NCBI GenBank assembly: GCA_963798085.1
Contig: CAWCRS010000002.1
Span: forward strand, 320,001-384,000
Source of the DNA: an uncultured Gemmatimonadales bacterium
Lineage (GTDB): Bacteria > Gemmatimonadota > Gemmatimonadetes > Longimicrobiales > RSA9
Length of the DNA stretch: 64,000 nucleotides
Direction: 5' to 3'
How positions within the stretch are numbered: position 1 is the first letter of the stretch; each line of letters opens with the position of its first letter. A program made the position numbers and the translations under genes. The notes beneath the pieces are model-generated. The model saw nothing but the letters and a program-made list of their open reading frames with translations. It searched no databases and was not told where the DNA came from. Positions 30,737-41,961 of the stretch are shown here, one piece after another.

Positions 30737-31246
30737 TCAGCTGCCGTAGGGAGGCATCTGCTTGCGATGGTGACGCGCGTGAATTTCCTGGAACCGCGCA
30801 AAGTCCGCTACGCTGACACTGCCGAAGACCGTGCTCGGCACGCGCTCGCCACGCGCGGCTCGCTCGCGACATGCCTTCTCGAACTCTGCCAGCGCTGCCT
30901 CGAGTCGTGCACGACCCTCCGCGGGTGTGGCCGGTCCGCTCAATGGATCCAGCGGCTTCACCGTCCTGGCCTTGGGGAAGGCGCCATTCCGCAGCACCCT
31001 GTTGAAGAAGAGCGCTCTCACGATCGGGCGCACGACACCCGGTAATGTGGGGAATTTCGACGGCACGCCCGCCACCACATGGGCCGATTCTTCCAGGGCC
31101 CGCGCAACATGCTCGACCACCTGCGATGGCGACCACTTTCCCGAAGCCCGCGGCGTCGTCCACTCGGATCCCGATGCGTCAGCCGCCGCAGCGAGGTCAC
31201 TCACCGCTGTGCGAGTGGCGCTCAGCACCTGGCCCGTCTCTGCCAT
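30737..31246 (-). CDS. DinB-family protein
   Basis: GKWSPSQVVEH...FG...HARHHRKQ. Confidence 0.8.
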   Translation of the reverse strand: MAETGQVLSATRTAVSDLAAAADASGSEWTTPRASGKWSPSQVVEHVARALEESAHVVAGVPSKFPTLPGVVRPIVRALFFNRVLRNGAFPKARTVKPLDPLSGPATPAEGRARLEAALAEFEKACRERAARGERVPSTVFGSVSVADFARFQEIHARHHRKQMPPYGS

Positions 31247-32097
31247 GCGAACCTCTCGTTCCGAATCTGATTTCCGACCGTACCGTCTTTCCAGTGGACG
31301 AGCAGCCTCACAATGCGCCGGAAAGCTGGCGTTGCGTGAATCCTCGGCGCCCGTGAGCGACCGGCCCGGGCCTGCGGTCGCGAACCTCGTGTTAGGCGAC
31401 TTTGCCGCCGCCGCAGCGCTGCCGCCGGGATTCGCTGTGCCGTCGGGCTGCCGGGGCGCTCGGGACAAGGATTGTCCGACGCAGTTCGCGCCACCGGGAA
31501 GCTACCGCGCGTACATCTCCCGGGCTACCCGGAACACCGACCGACCCGCATCGTTCCATGGCGAACAGCACGCGCGACAGCGCCGGCGTGCTGCTGGTCG
31601 AGAACCGGCATGCCCGCTGGAACGGGAAGAACGCATGGCGAGTCGACACGCCGGCGGCACTCTCACGGCGCAACAGATCGAGCGATGAAGGCAAAGCAAA
31701 GGGCCTGACGTCGGGCGCGGACCACGTCTCGCCATTTGGCGAGACATTGTCGAAGCCAACGGCGCAAGCGATCGAGCTGCGTTTCTTCCATGAGCGCGGC
31801 CGCTTCCTGCGCGCGGTCGGACGGCGAGCCGCCGGGCCGGGGGAATTCGTCCCGGTGAACAACCTGTTTCATGCCGCCGGCGATTCCCTGCTGGTCGTGA
31901 GCGGTATGGCAGCCGGATCACGCTGATGGATACACCTCCCGTTCGAGAGGACACGACTTCGTCAACTGCTGTCAGGAGGTTGGGCCACGCGCCGGCTGTC
32001 CGTGTGATACCGCACCGAAAATCGGCAACGAGAGGCACGCCTGCAGATATCGTCTCAGAGGTTGCGGACCTGCCGCGTCCCGGCACGCTGGCTCGCG

Positions 32098-32412
32098 CTA
32101 CCTCGTTCGGCGACGTGCCTGCTTCCGCCGCGGCCTTGTCCTGGGGCGCCTGGCCGACGTCGATTCAGTGGAGATGTTGCGCTCCAGGCGCGCGATCAGG
32201 CGATCCAGCTCTTTGATGTGCGCCTGAACCACCTTCCGCATCGCCGCCTGCCAACCCCGCGGCGGAGGACGATGGTCCGCACGCCTGCGATCCGCCCGAG
32301 CCTGGCTCATGGCTGACCGGCTGACACCCAGTTCCTCGGCTACATCCCCGAGGGTCACCCCGTTGATGAGCTGGTCTGTCACTTCCTGAAAGGTGATCTT
32401 CAAGGCTCCCAC
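32098..32412 (-). CDS. Small helix-turn-helix protein (start uncertain)
   Basis: VTLGDVAEELGVSRSAMSQAR. Confidence 0.5.
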   Translation of the reverse strand: MGALKITFQEVTDQLINGVTLGDVAEELGVSRSAMSQARADRRRADHRPPPRGWQAAMRKVVQAHIKELDRLIARLERNISTESTSARRPRTRPRRKQARRRTR

Positions 32413-32756
32413 CCGGTTGTGTTGCAGATGTTGGAAGTACCATGCTGCAGCACGCGCGTGACTGCCGCAAGGTCAGGCAACCTGCTCAGGCTGCCAGCGG
32501 CAGACACATTGATTCGATTGACCGCTCCAATCACGATGGCGGCGTTCCTGCGCCCGCGGCCGGGACGATTCCGGCGCGGGCGAATCGCTGCAGGGTAGCA
32601 GGGCCGTGCAGCGCGGACCGCCCCGTGCCCAGCAGCGCTGCCATGGCGGCGGCATAATGTTGTGTTAGATACACACTCGTCCACCAGCGGTACGCCGCAT
32701 TGTCAGCCTGGTCGCCCATCGCAGGGTGACTGGATGCCGCCATGCGAGCCGTGCGG

Positions 32757-33401
32757 TTAACTGTGGTCGGCGAGGTGCTGCTGCCGCATCAGCTGCTCGA
32801 GGAAATCGACCTGCTGGCGGAGTCGCTCCACCTCGTCTTCCAGCGATTGCATCCGCTCCTCGGTGATCGCAGTGACGACAGGCACAGGTTGGTGCGACCC
32901 GGGCGGTAACGGGCTGAGGGCCGCGGCTGGCAGTGCCAGGACGTGATCGATTACGCGCCGCACCATGAGAGTGGGGCCGAATCCGGACCGTGTTTCCCGC
33001 GCGTCGGATGGCAGGCTCGAGAGTGCAGCCAACAGCTTGTGCGCTTCCCCTCTCGACACGAGAAGCCGATACCTGCGACCACCCGCCACGACCAGTACCA
33101 GCCCACGGAACGGGCCGACGCGGAGTCCGGTTCGCGCAATCTGTCCGGCATTCACTTCGAATTGCGTCCAGCTCGTTCGGCCTGCGGAGCGAAGGCACAG
33201 CAGACGCTTCTCCGTGACGACGATCAACCACGATCGCCGCAGCCAGCGCAGGCGGGCAACCTTCCCCCGCGCAATCGCAAGAATGTGCTCGTCGGCGTGA
33301 AGCACTGCGGGCAGGTCGCGCATTTCGCGCTGTTCCCACCAGCGCGAGCCTTCGCCCAGCGCGCGAAGCTGCAGATCGATGACACCGCGATCGATGGCCA
33401 T
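32757..33401 (-). CDS. Hypothetical protein with bacterial PH-like domain and C-terminal coiled coil
   Basis: 'LHADEHILAIARG...LIVVTEKRLL'; 'LEDEVERLRQQVDFLEQL'. Confidence 0.55.
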   Translation of the reverse strand: MAIDRGVIDLQLRALGEGSRWWEQREMRDLPAVLHADEHILAIARGKVARLRWLRRSWLIVVTEKRLLCLRSAGRTSWTQFEVNAGQIARTGLRVGPFRGLVLVVAGGRRYRLLVSRGEAHKLLAALSSLPSDARETRSGFGPTLMVRRVIDHVLALPAAALSPLPPGSHQPVPVVTAITEERMQSLEDEVERLRQQVDFLEQLMRQQHLADHS

Positions 33402-33911
33402 GCTGTCGTGGGTTCGGACAGGAAGCTCTGCGAGTCTCAGGATCGTGCCCGGCATCGCGCCGCGCAAGGCACCATCAACATGGAAATGCCACTGCTCGAT
33501 TCGGGACGGGCTCGAAAATGGTTCCGGCCAGCCGGCCACCTGTTGCGCCATCGGCTCGAGGTGGCAGCGCTGCCTGCAATGCCAAACGTCTCCGGGGTCG
33601 GTCCCGCCGCTCGGATCACCACAACAAGGCGCGGATTCCACCGTTGTGTCAGGATTGCCCGCGTGCCCGGATTGCGCGAAGTGCGTGCCTGTGCGCAACG
33701 CCAACGGAGTTTTGCACAAAAGGGCTGGGTACCATGACGGGCGGCCGTGAATGGCGTGTTAGATGAAACCCGTCCCTTGCCGCACGCGCAGCCGTACACA
33801 GTGCGACCGCAGACAGGTCCCGGTGGAACGGCTTTCCCTTCTGAGCGGTGAAGCGTCTCTCCGACAACGCGCCCTCCACCCCTGGTGCCCCTTCCTGCGG
33901 GTACTTCGGAT

Positions 33912-34526
33912 TCAATCCACGGGTTGACCACGGAGGTAAATGTGCACGCCCTGCGTGTCGTTCATCAGCAGCCGCGCCTCCGGGGCGCCGAAACGCCGCA
34001 TGAGGTCGTGCATGATGGGTTCCTCGCCACTCCACGGATACGCGAAGACAAGGTCGAAGTCGTCGAGCGGGTGCTTCAGTTCCAGATAGCCTGACCTGCC
34101 CTCCCCGATCGTCCCGATACGACTGTCACCCGTACTCGATCGCCAATGGTACCCGGTCGGGGTGAAGCTGCCCACTGCAAAGCGTGCCCGCGAACGGAAA
34201 CGGCGGGCAAGGTCACGTGCAATGTCGACAAGGTCCGGGTCGATCTCGATGCCGAACGCCTCGAAGCCCATCAGGTCGGCCATGATCGTAATGACGCCGG
34301 TCGCAGATCCCCACTCGAGGAACCGCAGCCCGGGACGTCGCAGCGTCAGCAAGGTCCGTTCTACGTTCTCGTAATCCGCCGCGACGAACGGATGCCACCG
34401 TTGCCTGCGCACCGTGGAATCGAAATGCTCCCAGATGCGCTGGCCTTCTTCACGCAACGACGCCAGCTGCGCGCGAAGCGGATCAGCCAACGCACTGGTG
34501 TCCGGCATGGCACCATTTGCGGTCAT
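33912..34526 (-). CDS. Class I SAM-dependent methyltransferase-like protein
   Basis: FLEWGSATG, GIEID, DLVFAYPW. Confidence 0.75.
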   Translation of the reverse strand: MTANGAMPDTSALADPLRAQLASLREEGQRIWEHFDSTVRRQRWHPFVAADYENVERTLLTLRRPGLRFLEWGSATGVITIMADLMGFEAFGIEIDPDLVDIARDLARRFRSRARFAVGSFTPTGYHWRSSTGDSRIGTIGEGRSGYLELKHPLDDFDLVFAYPWSGEEPIMHDLMRRFGAPEARLLMNDTQGVHIYLRGQPVD

Positions 34527-34732
34527 CCGCTTCCGAATCCCCCTTCAACCGCTTCTGCTTGCCCCTCACTGCCTGACGCGACATCATCACCGGCCGGCGC
34601 CACCTCGCCTGGCTCGCCTTCCAGCGCCGTTTCCTTCCGTACCTTCTTCCTGGCCGCCTTCTCGTCTCGCTTCTGCTGGCGCTTGATTTCCTTCTGCCGT
34701 TTCTCGAAACCGTACTTCGGTCGCCTTGACAC
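34523..34732 (-). CDS. Small basic hypothetical protein
   Basis: SRRPKYGFEKRQKEIKRQQKRDEK; stop overlaps the next ATG. Confidence 0.6.
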   Translation of the reverse strand: MSRRPKYGFEKRQKEIKRQQKRDEKAARKKVRKETALEGEPGEVAPAGDDVASGSEGQAEAVEGGFGSG

Positions 34733-35238
34733 ATCCGCCTCGTCAGTTGTGGCGCAACCTCGCACCACTCCCAGGGAGCCGCGCCAGGCCAGACCCGTAC
34801 ACCGAACGGTCCCGGGCGAATCCGCCCACGGGATCCTGCGGTCTACCCCGACTCCTGACTCTTGGTCCTGAGCTGCAGGGCCCGACCCTGCGTACCATCA
34901 GACGTGCCTTTCCCGGAACCACCGCGCTCGCCGCACGGTCGTGGCGGGCGACGCATGGAGTCGGGTGCCCTTCGCATTGTCGGGGCCGCGCCCGCTCACC
35001 GCTGCAGCGTGCATGTTAGTGGACAAGCTCCCGGAATTGCACAACGTTCCCCTCCGGGTCAACGCCGTCACACACCCTCCAACCGTTGAACAGCCACGCC
35101 CTTGTCGACGCCATTCATGCACCGCCGTGCGCCTCGTCAGAAGTGCGCACGGCAGGGAGACTCGGTACAAAGAACACCAGCTTGACGGCCGCGTCCGCCC
35201 CCCGGACAGCGGGCGCCGCATGGATCGCCCCAGGCTCG

Positions 35239-35628
35239 CTATCTGTGCCCGTCAAGGTCCAGCGCCGTGGCATGCTTTGGCTGATAGAGGCCGAGCGCGC
35301 CGCCGCTGGGCAACGGGATGGTCGTGGCGATGCCCCATTCCGCTTCGTCGGCAGGCGAACAACGCACGCCCTGCTGCTCCAGGGACGCCATCATCGCCTG
35401 CACATCATCGCACATCAGGTAGAGTACCGCACCCAGGAGATCGTGTCCCGCATGGCGCTCGACGACGTCGCCGTTGCTCGGGTGGACCGCTACTTCGGCA
35501 GGCGGGAGTCCGAGGATCAGCCAGCCGCCGCCAGCATCGACGCCGCGCAACCCGAGCACATCGCGCAGAAATGCGCGATCGGCATTCGCATCCCGGCTGT
35601 ACAGGAGCACGTGCGCACCGAAGATCAC
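35239..35628 (-). CDS. VOC-family protein
   Basis: GAHVLLYSRDANADRAFLRDVLG...LYLMCDD...LPSGGALGLYQPKH. Confidence 0.85.
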   Translation of the reverse strand: MIFGAHVLLYSRDANADRAFLRDVLGLRGVDAGGGWLILGLPPAEVAVHPSNGDVVERHAGHDLLGAVLYLMCDDVQAMMASLEQQGVRCSPADEAEWGIATTIPLPSGGALGLYQPKHATALDLDGHR

Positions 35629-36063
35629 CGGACACCTCGCCGTTGCCGGATTCTGACTCTCTCGGCATTCGCAGCCGGAGTGTCTTGATGCCTGCAAGAT
35701 AGCTCGCCCCGGGTGCCACGCCCAAGGACACTGTGCGAGTGGAATTGCATGGGCGGATCGTCTCCGCACGAAGGTCGGATGCGGCGTTGGTACGTGCGCG
35801 AGCGCGCCTTGCTGAGTCGCCGTGTTGGCCGACGCACCGCAACCCGGCGCAACGGGAAGCGCGGGCTCTCGGCTGCGTGTGATGACTGGCCCCGTGGTGT
35901 TCGCGTAGCCAGCAGTCGACAGGCCAGCACGCGTCAATCGGGTTCGCTTATGCATCGCGGCGCTAACGCCCGAGCGGAAGGCATTGTGCGAAGTCGATCG
36001 AGCCTCGATTGAGCAGCGATCCATGCGCACGCAATGCCACGCATCATCTCGTGCAGTGCCGCT

Positions 36064-36564
36064 TCACTCGGGCTGTTTCAACGCCCTGATGGTTCGATGA
36101 TGTCCAAACATCAGGCCTGCCATGGCCAGGGCTGCTCCGAGAACGATGAAACCGCCGTTTCCTGTCCTCAGAGTAAGGTCCACCTGGATGGGCGGGCGCC
36201 GAATCAGCTGGTTGACCGTCCCCAGCACGGACAACATGATGCCAGAGGTCATCGCCACCCGGGCCATCGGGAACCGGGCGTCAATTCTGGCCGGCGCGAG
36301 ACCGCTCGACCGCCCGCGCTGCAACCGTCTCCAGATGAGGGACAGCGCAAACAGCGGTGGAGCCAGGGCTGAACACGAGAGGACGGCAAGCAGCCAGTCT
36401 CCCGGCCGCGCCTGCACGCTCGAACCCGACGACGACAATGGAGGGTTGAAGTGGAAGGATGGCGTCAGGTGATGGTGACGGTAGATCTCGAGATAGAGTT
36501 CGAACCAGCTCAGGACCCACACGACGCCAGCCAGCCATTGCGCTCTCCGCATTACATCTCGCAT
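36064..36564 (-). CDS. Hypothetical membrane protein
   Basis: About four hydrophobic segments. Confidence 0.45.
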   Translation of the reverse strand: MRDVMRRAQWLAGVVWVLSWFELYLEIYRHHHLTPSFHFNPPLSSSGSSVQARPGDWLLAVLSCSALAPPLFALSLIWRRLQRGRSSGLAPARIDARFPMARVAMTSGIMLSVLGTVNQLIRRPPIQVDLTLRTGNGGFIVLGAALAMAGLMFGHHRTIRALKQPE

Positions 36565-36749
36565 GGGTCCTCACGTTCGTTGTGTGTGTCGGGCTTCACT
36601 CTCGAGGGCGAGGCTCCATACCCATTTGTGCCCGCGCTGATACCGATGCACGAGGGTGGGGTGGTCCGGCAACGAGCATCACTCGCTCCAACGCCGGGAA
36701 GGCTGCGCGCGGATCCCGTCGCCGGGTCGGTGGAGCGCACCCGGAACAG

Positions 36750-37175
36750 TCAGATGCGCAAGTACCAGAAGAGCGCGAGTGTCGGCCACACGCGGTACAT
36801 CGTGCGGCCGCGAATCCTGAAATAGCGCGTTTGCGCGGCCCGCCCAGGAGCATGCGCCGTCCAGCGCACAACGCCAACCGGCAGCACACGGATCGGTGAA
36901 GCGAACCAGGTGCGGTGAACGATCACGGTGTCCGTGATGATGGAATCGAGCGCCGTGCTCTCCTCGAGCCAGTGCAGCGACAACGCAGAGTCGGGCACCG
37001 TGCGGCGGGACTCCGCCAGCTCGTCCTGTTGCCAGGTGGTCATGCGCCACCGCAGATAGCCGCGAATCTGCTGATCTGCAGCGCTGGGCGACGGCCGTGG
37101 GCCGACAAGTGGCGGCAGCACGATTGCCAGGATGAGCGCCGCAAGGATGGGTTTTCCGCGCACGATGATTCGCAT
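36750..37175 (-). CDS. Hypothetical protein with N-terminal TM helix
   Basis: RBS GAGG; MRIIVRGKPILAALILAIVLP. Confidence 0.5.
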   Translation of the reverse strand: MRIIVRGKPILAALILAIVLPPLVGPRPSPSAADQQIRGYLRWRMTTWQQDELAESRRTVPDSALSLHWLEESTALDSIITDTVIVHRTWFASPIRVLPVGVVRWTAHAPGRAAQTRYFRIRGRTMYRVWPTLALFWYLRI

Positions 37176-37585
37176 GACGGCCTCAGGAGTACGGCGGCGT
37201 TCGTTCCCGCACGATCACCAGTATCGAGTGGTCACCGGAGACGACTTTAGCGCGGGCCCGCAGTCCGCCTTCCTGCGCGATCGTTTCGGCCGTGCCGCAG
37301 CGGCCGCCGCCGCTGGGCGTGAACTTGTTGTTAAATGCGGCCCGGTGCAGCAGCGGCTCGGGGAGCTGGCCACGGTCAGGAATTGCGTGCCGTCCACGTG
37401 AAGCTCCCGGGAGAGCGCGCAGAACGCCCGGCCCCTCGAAGGCAGGTCGCGCAACGGTCGCGGGCAACCGTGAATCATGTAACGGCGCCCTCGCGTCGGT
37501 GAAGTCGCGTGCCCCATGGATGTCGCGGGCCTTCCGCCTGCTGTTGGACAATGGTAAGATGCTCGCACACAAGGACTGAGCTATC

Positions 37586-39974
37586 ATGGTACAGAATGAC
37601 ACCTCCGCCGACAGGCACCCGGGCGCTGGCAACGACGTAACTTCCGACGTTGCTTTTCTCGAGCCGCCCGCACACGGTTGTTTCCCGTTCGTCCGGCGCC
37701 TTGATTTCACCCCCGTTCTTGAATTCTGGGAGAAGCTTGTTCGCGCCGAACACGGCATCGATGCGGATTCGGCTGCCGATATGCGCAGGCAGATGGAGTC
37801 GGTGGCGGGACTGCTGGGGCCCGTGGACGATATGGGGATCGTGTGGCAGAACATGCCGATCGTCCGCCGTTTGCTGAGTATCGTCATGCCGCCGGCTTTC
37901 TGGGACACCACCTTCACAGCGGCACTCGTGCCGTTCTCGTATCAGTCGTTTCTTGCCACGCCGCAGTTGAAGACGCTGATGCTCATCGAGCAGGGGACCG
38001 TCGAGTCTCCTTTCGGCCTCGGCACCGTAGCGGAGGAACAGAAGATCGTACGGGAAGCCTATCTGGCCGTGGCGGCGCACTTCTACGGGTTGAAGTTCGA
38101 TTTCCACGACCCGATGATTACCACCGTGCTCGACCCCACGACGGGGCTCAAGCGATATTTCCGCCTGGATAGCGACAACCGCTTCATACACCCGGTTCTG
38201 GTGGCAGAACTCCCGGTGCTCCGTGAAGAGCAGATCCGTGCGCTGCGCGAGAACATTACCAGCGTGGAACTGTGGCGACAGATGATACCGGATGGGACCT
38301 TCGAGTTCCACGGTGTCGGACTCGTGAGTGCTGTCGATATCACCGATCAGGAAATTCTTTCCCGCCTGAAACACAGCCTCATCGAAGGCAATGCAAGCAC
38401 GACTCTCGAAAGATTCATCGAGATTCAGCAGCGCGTTCGCGAACTGCTTCGACGACCCGACATTGTCATCCTCGACGACGAGGGTGTTCGGATTCTCGAT
38501 ATTCTCGAAGATCATTCGAAGTCCGATGCCGAGAGTATTTCGGGATTCGCCGAGCTGCATGAAGCGTCGGACGTCGCCGGCACGGTCGTCGATCGTGCAC
38601 TGCTCTCCGGTCGAATCCAGGTAGTAGAGGATCTGGCGACCCTGCAGGCTCCCACGGCCATGGAGCGGAGGGTTATGGCCGGGGGACTGCGAAACCTGCT
38701 GGTAGTTCCACTGTGGTACGATCGTGAGATGATCGGCACGCTCAACCTTGCATCTCCCAATCCTTCCGATCTCACCGTGCTGACCGAGGTAGCTCTCAGG
38801 GAGATAACTCCGTTGTTTGCAATGGCACTCCGGCGGAGTCGAGAGGAGATGAACAACCGGATCCAGGCGATCATACGCGAACGGTACACGGCGATCCAGC
38901 CGGCCATCGAGTGGCGGTTCCGTCGCGCCGCCAACCGGATGATGATGGAGGAATCGCGCGGCAGGTCGCCGGAAGTGGAAGAGATCATCTTCGATAATGT
39001 CTATCCCCTCTATGCGGTCTCCGATCTGTGTGGCTCCTCCCACCAGCGGAACGCCGCGATCCGCGCCGATCTTCAGGAGCATCTCCGCCTGGCGCTCGCA
39101 GTCGTGCGGGCCGCCATCACGTCGCGGCTGCGTCCAGTCCTCGAGAATATCGCATTCCGGATCGAGCGCGCAATGAAACGACTCGACGTTGGCATCGACT
39201 CCGGCGACGAGGCGACGATTCTCGATTTCCTTCGTCGCGAAATCGAGCCCCGATTCGATCATCTCGGCGAGATGAACGCTCGACGTCACGGAGCAGGTGA
39301 TCCGCTACCGTGCTGCCCTCGATCCGGAGCGCGGCATCATCTACCGGCGGCGGAAGGAGTTCGAGCAGAGTGTGGCGGCGATCAATCGGCTGATTTCGGC
39401 ATATCTGGAGGAGGAGGAGCAGAAGGCACAGGCAATGTTCCCGCATTACTTCGAGAAACACCAGACCGACGGCGTCGATTTCGGGATCTACGTCGGTGCC
39501 TCTCTCGTCGAGGACGGCCGGTTCGATCCCCTCCATCTGAAGGACCTTCGCCTGTGGCAGCTTCTGACGCTGTGCGAGATCGCGCGCCGGACCGCGGCCA
39601 TGAAGCCCGGCCTGAGCGTTCCGCTCGACATGACCCATCTCATCCTCGTGCAGAACGTTCCCCTTTCGATCCGCTTCCGGCTCGACGAGAAACAGTTCGA
39701 CGTCAATGGGGCATACAACGTTCGCTACGAGATCATGAAAAAGCGGATCGACAAGGCCCTCGTCAAAGGAACCGCCGAGCGGCTGACGCAGCCGGAGACC
39801 GTCGCCATCGTCTACTCGAATGCCAGCGAGGCGGTCGAATACGGCGAATACATCGAGTATCTGCAGTCGACCGGGTTTCTCCATCCCGAAGTCGAATCGC
39901 TCGATCTGGAGGACCTTCAGGAGCTGCAGGGGCTGAGGGCCCTGCGGGTGCGCGTAAAGACGGCGGCAGGATGA
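37586..39974 (+). pseudogene. Large GAF-domain protein, frameshifted near 39280
   Basis: GAF 'NLLVVPLWYDREMIGTLNL'; 'YTAIQPAIEWRF'; continues in ORF 39297-39974 ('FPHYFEKHQTDGV', 'GAYNVRYEIMKKRIDKA'). Confidence 0.75.
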
Positions 39975-40151
39975 ATCGAGGTAGACCGGGGACAGTGTAG
40001 CAGACTGCATTCCTCCGTGCACTTGCCATTGGTTTCGGCGCAACTCCGGTCATGCCGTCGGCCGAACAGCGTTTCCCGCGAACCGTCTTGCGTATCGGCC
40101 GAGTTCACTTCATGTTGCCAAGAACTTTGATGCCAGCACGGAGTCCCGGCC

Positions 40152-40451
40152 ATGCGCGTTGCCACCATGATGCGGAAACCGAGCGCGTTCCTCCCCGTGG
40201 CCATGTCCGCGGCCGCAGTGATCACGCTGCTGGCGGCCCTTGCCGGGTTCGGCCTCGCCGCTCTCCCCCAGGCCGATGAAGGTGCCGCGGCCCACATCTG
40301 GCAACTCCTCATGGGCGGCCAGCTCCCGATCATCGCTTTCTTCGCAATCCGATGGCTGCCGCAAGCGCCGCGGCAGGCGATGGCCGTTCTGGGCCTGCAA
40401 CTGGTTGCCGGGCTGACCGCAGCTGCGCCTGTGTTTCTGCTTCACCTCTGA
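40152..40451 (+). CDS. Small membrane protein
   Basis: 'DEGAAAHIWQLLM'; three TM segments. Confidence 0.65.
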   Translation: MRVATMMRKPSAFLPVAMSAAAVITLLAALAGFGLAALPQADEGAAAHIWQLLMGGQLPIIAFFAIRWLPQAPRQAMAVLGLQLVAGLTAAAPVFLLHL

Positions 40452-40614
40452 GCGCTTATCGCTTGCGCGCCGGCGAGCCCGCGGCTTTCAGCATGTCCGC
40501 CGCCACGCCGGCGTGGCACTGCAGCCGCCGCAAACTCGTGTTAGGCAGCGTTGGAACGCACGCTGGTCCTGCGGCACGGCATGAGTCTGGTCACGAATGC
40601 CGGCAGAGCAGGGG

Positions 40615-41655
40615 TCAGGGCGCCTGATGCTGTGCCACCCGCTCGACCACCATCATCTTGAACGACCCCGGAACGATCGGCGGCCGGCGGCGGGGATTCG
40701 CTGCGGTGGAATCCGTAGGCGTCGGGCCATAGCGTGCGGCAACGATGTAGAGCCGATGCGTAGTTGGATCAAAACCCATGTTCCGGCCACCCTGCTCAGT
40801 CTGCAGGTTCTGCAGGACGTGATACTGGTCGGGTCCGTCCTGGTGAATCACTGTCAGCGTGCCGTCCGCATTCGAGGCAAAGGCATCGCCGGCTCTCGGA
40901 TCGTAGGCGGCGCCGTCGACCCCCGCACCAATCGGTGCAGTCGCAACCACGCGTCCGGCCTGGTAATCGGAAATCGCCATGACGCCACTGCGGCAACCGC
41001 TGAACAGCCGGTGGTGCGCGGTGTCGATGGCCATGGCGACAGGCTGCCGGCAGGGTGCCGTGGGCCAGCGCCGCGTAACGCTCAGTGATTTCCCGTCGAT
41101 CTCCACCACTTCGCCATTGTCGACGATGTTCACGTAGAGCTTGCCGTTACCCGCAGCGACCCCGGACTCCGGTTTCCCGGCGAGTGGAATGTTCGTGACG
41201 AGCCGGCCCGGCCCGGGGTCCACCACCGTGGAGGAGTGGGCATCGCCATTGAACGTGAACACGTGATTCGACACCGCATCAAAGACGATGGCATCGGCAT
41301 CCTCTGCTGCAGGAATGCGACCGAGCACGCGGAACGTGGAAGGATCGAACATCACCACGGAGCTGTCGTTGCCGGACGTGGCGAATCCATGATGTGCCGC
41401 TTCCACCAGCGCGACACCGTGTGCGCCGTGAATCTCGGGCACCTCCCCGAGCAGCCGACCGTCGACCACGTCCACAACCATGACCCGGTTCTGCCGCCCA
41501 ATGAAGACACGATGCCGCGGCGGATCTGGCGTGACGTAGTCCCAGCTACCGTCACCCCCGAGGACGTAGGTGTGCGTGATGCGGTACGCGGTGGGCGTTT
41601 GCGCCGCCGCGGCTTGCGCGACGGTCAATGCACAAATGAGAGCGATGCCACGCAT
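40615..41655 (-). CDS. Secreted YncE/YVTN-like beta-propeller protein
   Basis: GGDGSWDY, GAHGVA, PIGAGVDG; signal peptide. Confidence 0.85.
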   Translation of the reverse strand: MRGIALICALTVAQAAAAQTPTAYRITHTYVLGGDGSWDYVTPDPPRHRVFIGRQNRVMVVDVVDGRLLGEVPEIHGAHGVALVEAAHHGFATSGNDSSVVMFDPSTFRVLGRIPAAEDADAIVFDAVSNHVFTFNGDAHSSTVVDPGPGRLVTNIPLAGKPESGVAAGNGKLYVNIVDNGEVVEIDGKSLSVTRRWPTAPCRQPVAMAIDTAHHRLFSGCRSGVMAISDYQAGRVVATAPIGAGVDGAAYDPRAGDAFASNADGTLTVIHQDGPDQYHVLQNLQTEQGGRNMGFDPTTHRLYIVAARYGPTPTDSTAANPRRRPPIVPGSFKMMVVERVAQHQAP

Positions 41656-41961
41656 GTTTCCCCCCGTGATTCGCACGTCAGATCGTTCACGACGCCGAGC
41701 TATAGTGGCTCCGTGCACATGACAACATGGTGACGGGCGTACGCTGCAGTGCTTCCATTGACTCGCTGCGATACCCGTCTGCGCGAGAATGCTCTCGCGT
41801 GGCCATCGGTTGCAGCGCTCGCGCCTGGCGCGGACCGGCCGTCCTGAGACCGCCGCCAGGCTCGCGGCCGGCGGCCGTCAGGTCGCGGTGCGCAAATTCC
41901 GTGTTAGACCGCGCCCTGCCCGCGGGCCATGCGACCGTCTTCCCGGCCGGACCGCCGTATC

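Noticed and set aside
31558..31926. Fragment resembling a beta-propeller protein N-terminus (RDSAGVLLVEN)
   Set aside because: Too short and decayed to call with confidence.
32648..32670. dif/XerCD-like site (GGCGGCATAATGTTGTGTTAGAT)
   Set aside because: About 5 bp too short between the arms for the 11-6-11 dif geometry, and the other motif copies lack an XerC-like arm.
37475..39289. 604-aa minus-strand ORF
   Set aside because: Antisense shadow of the GAF gene with no recognisable motifs; such shadows are common at high GC.
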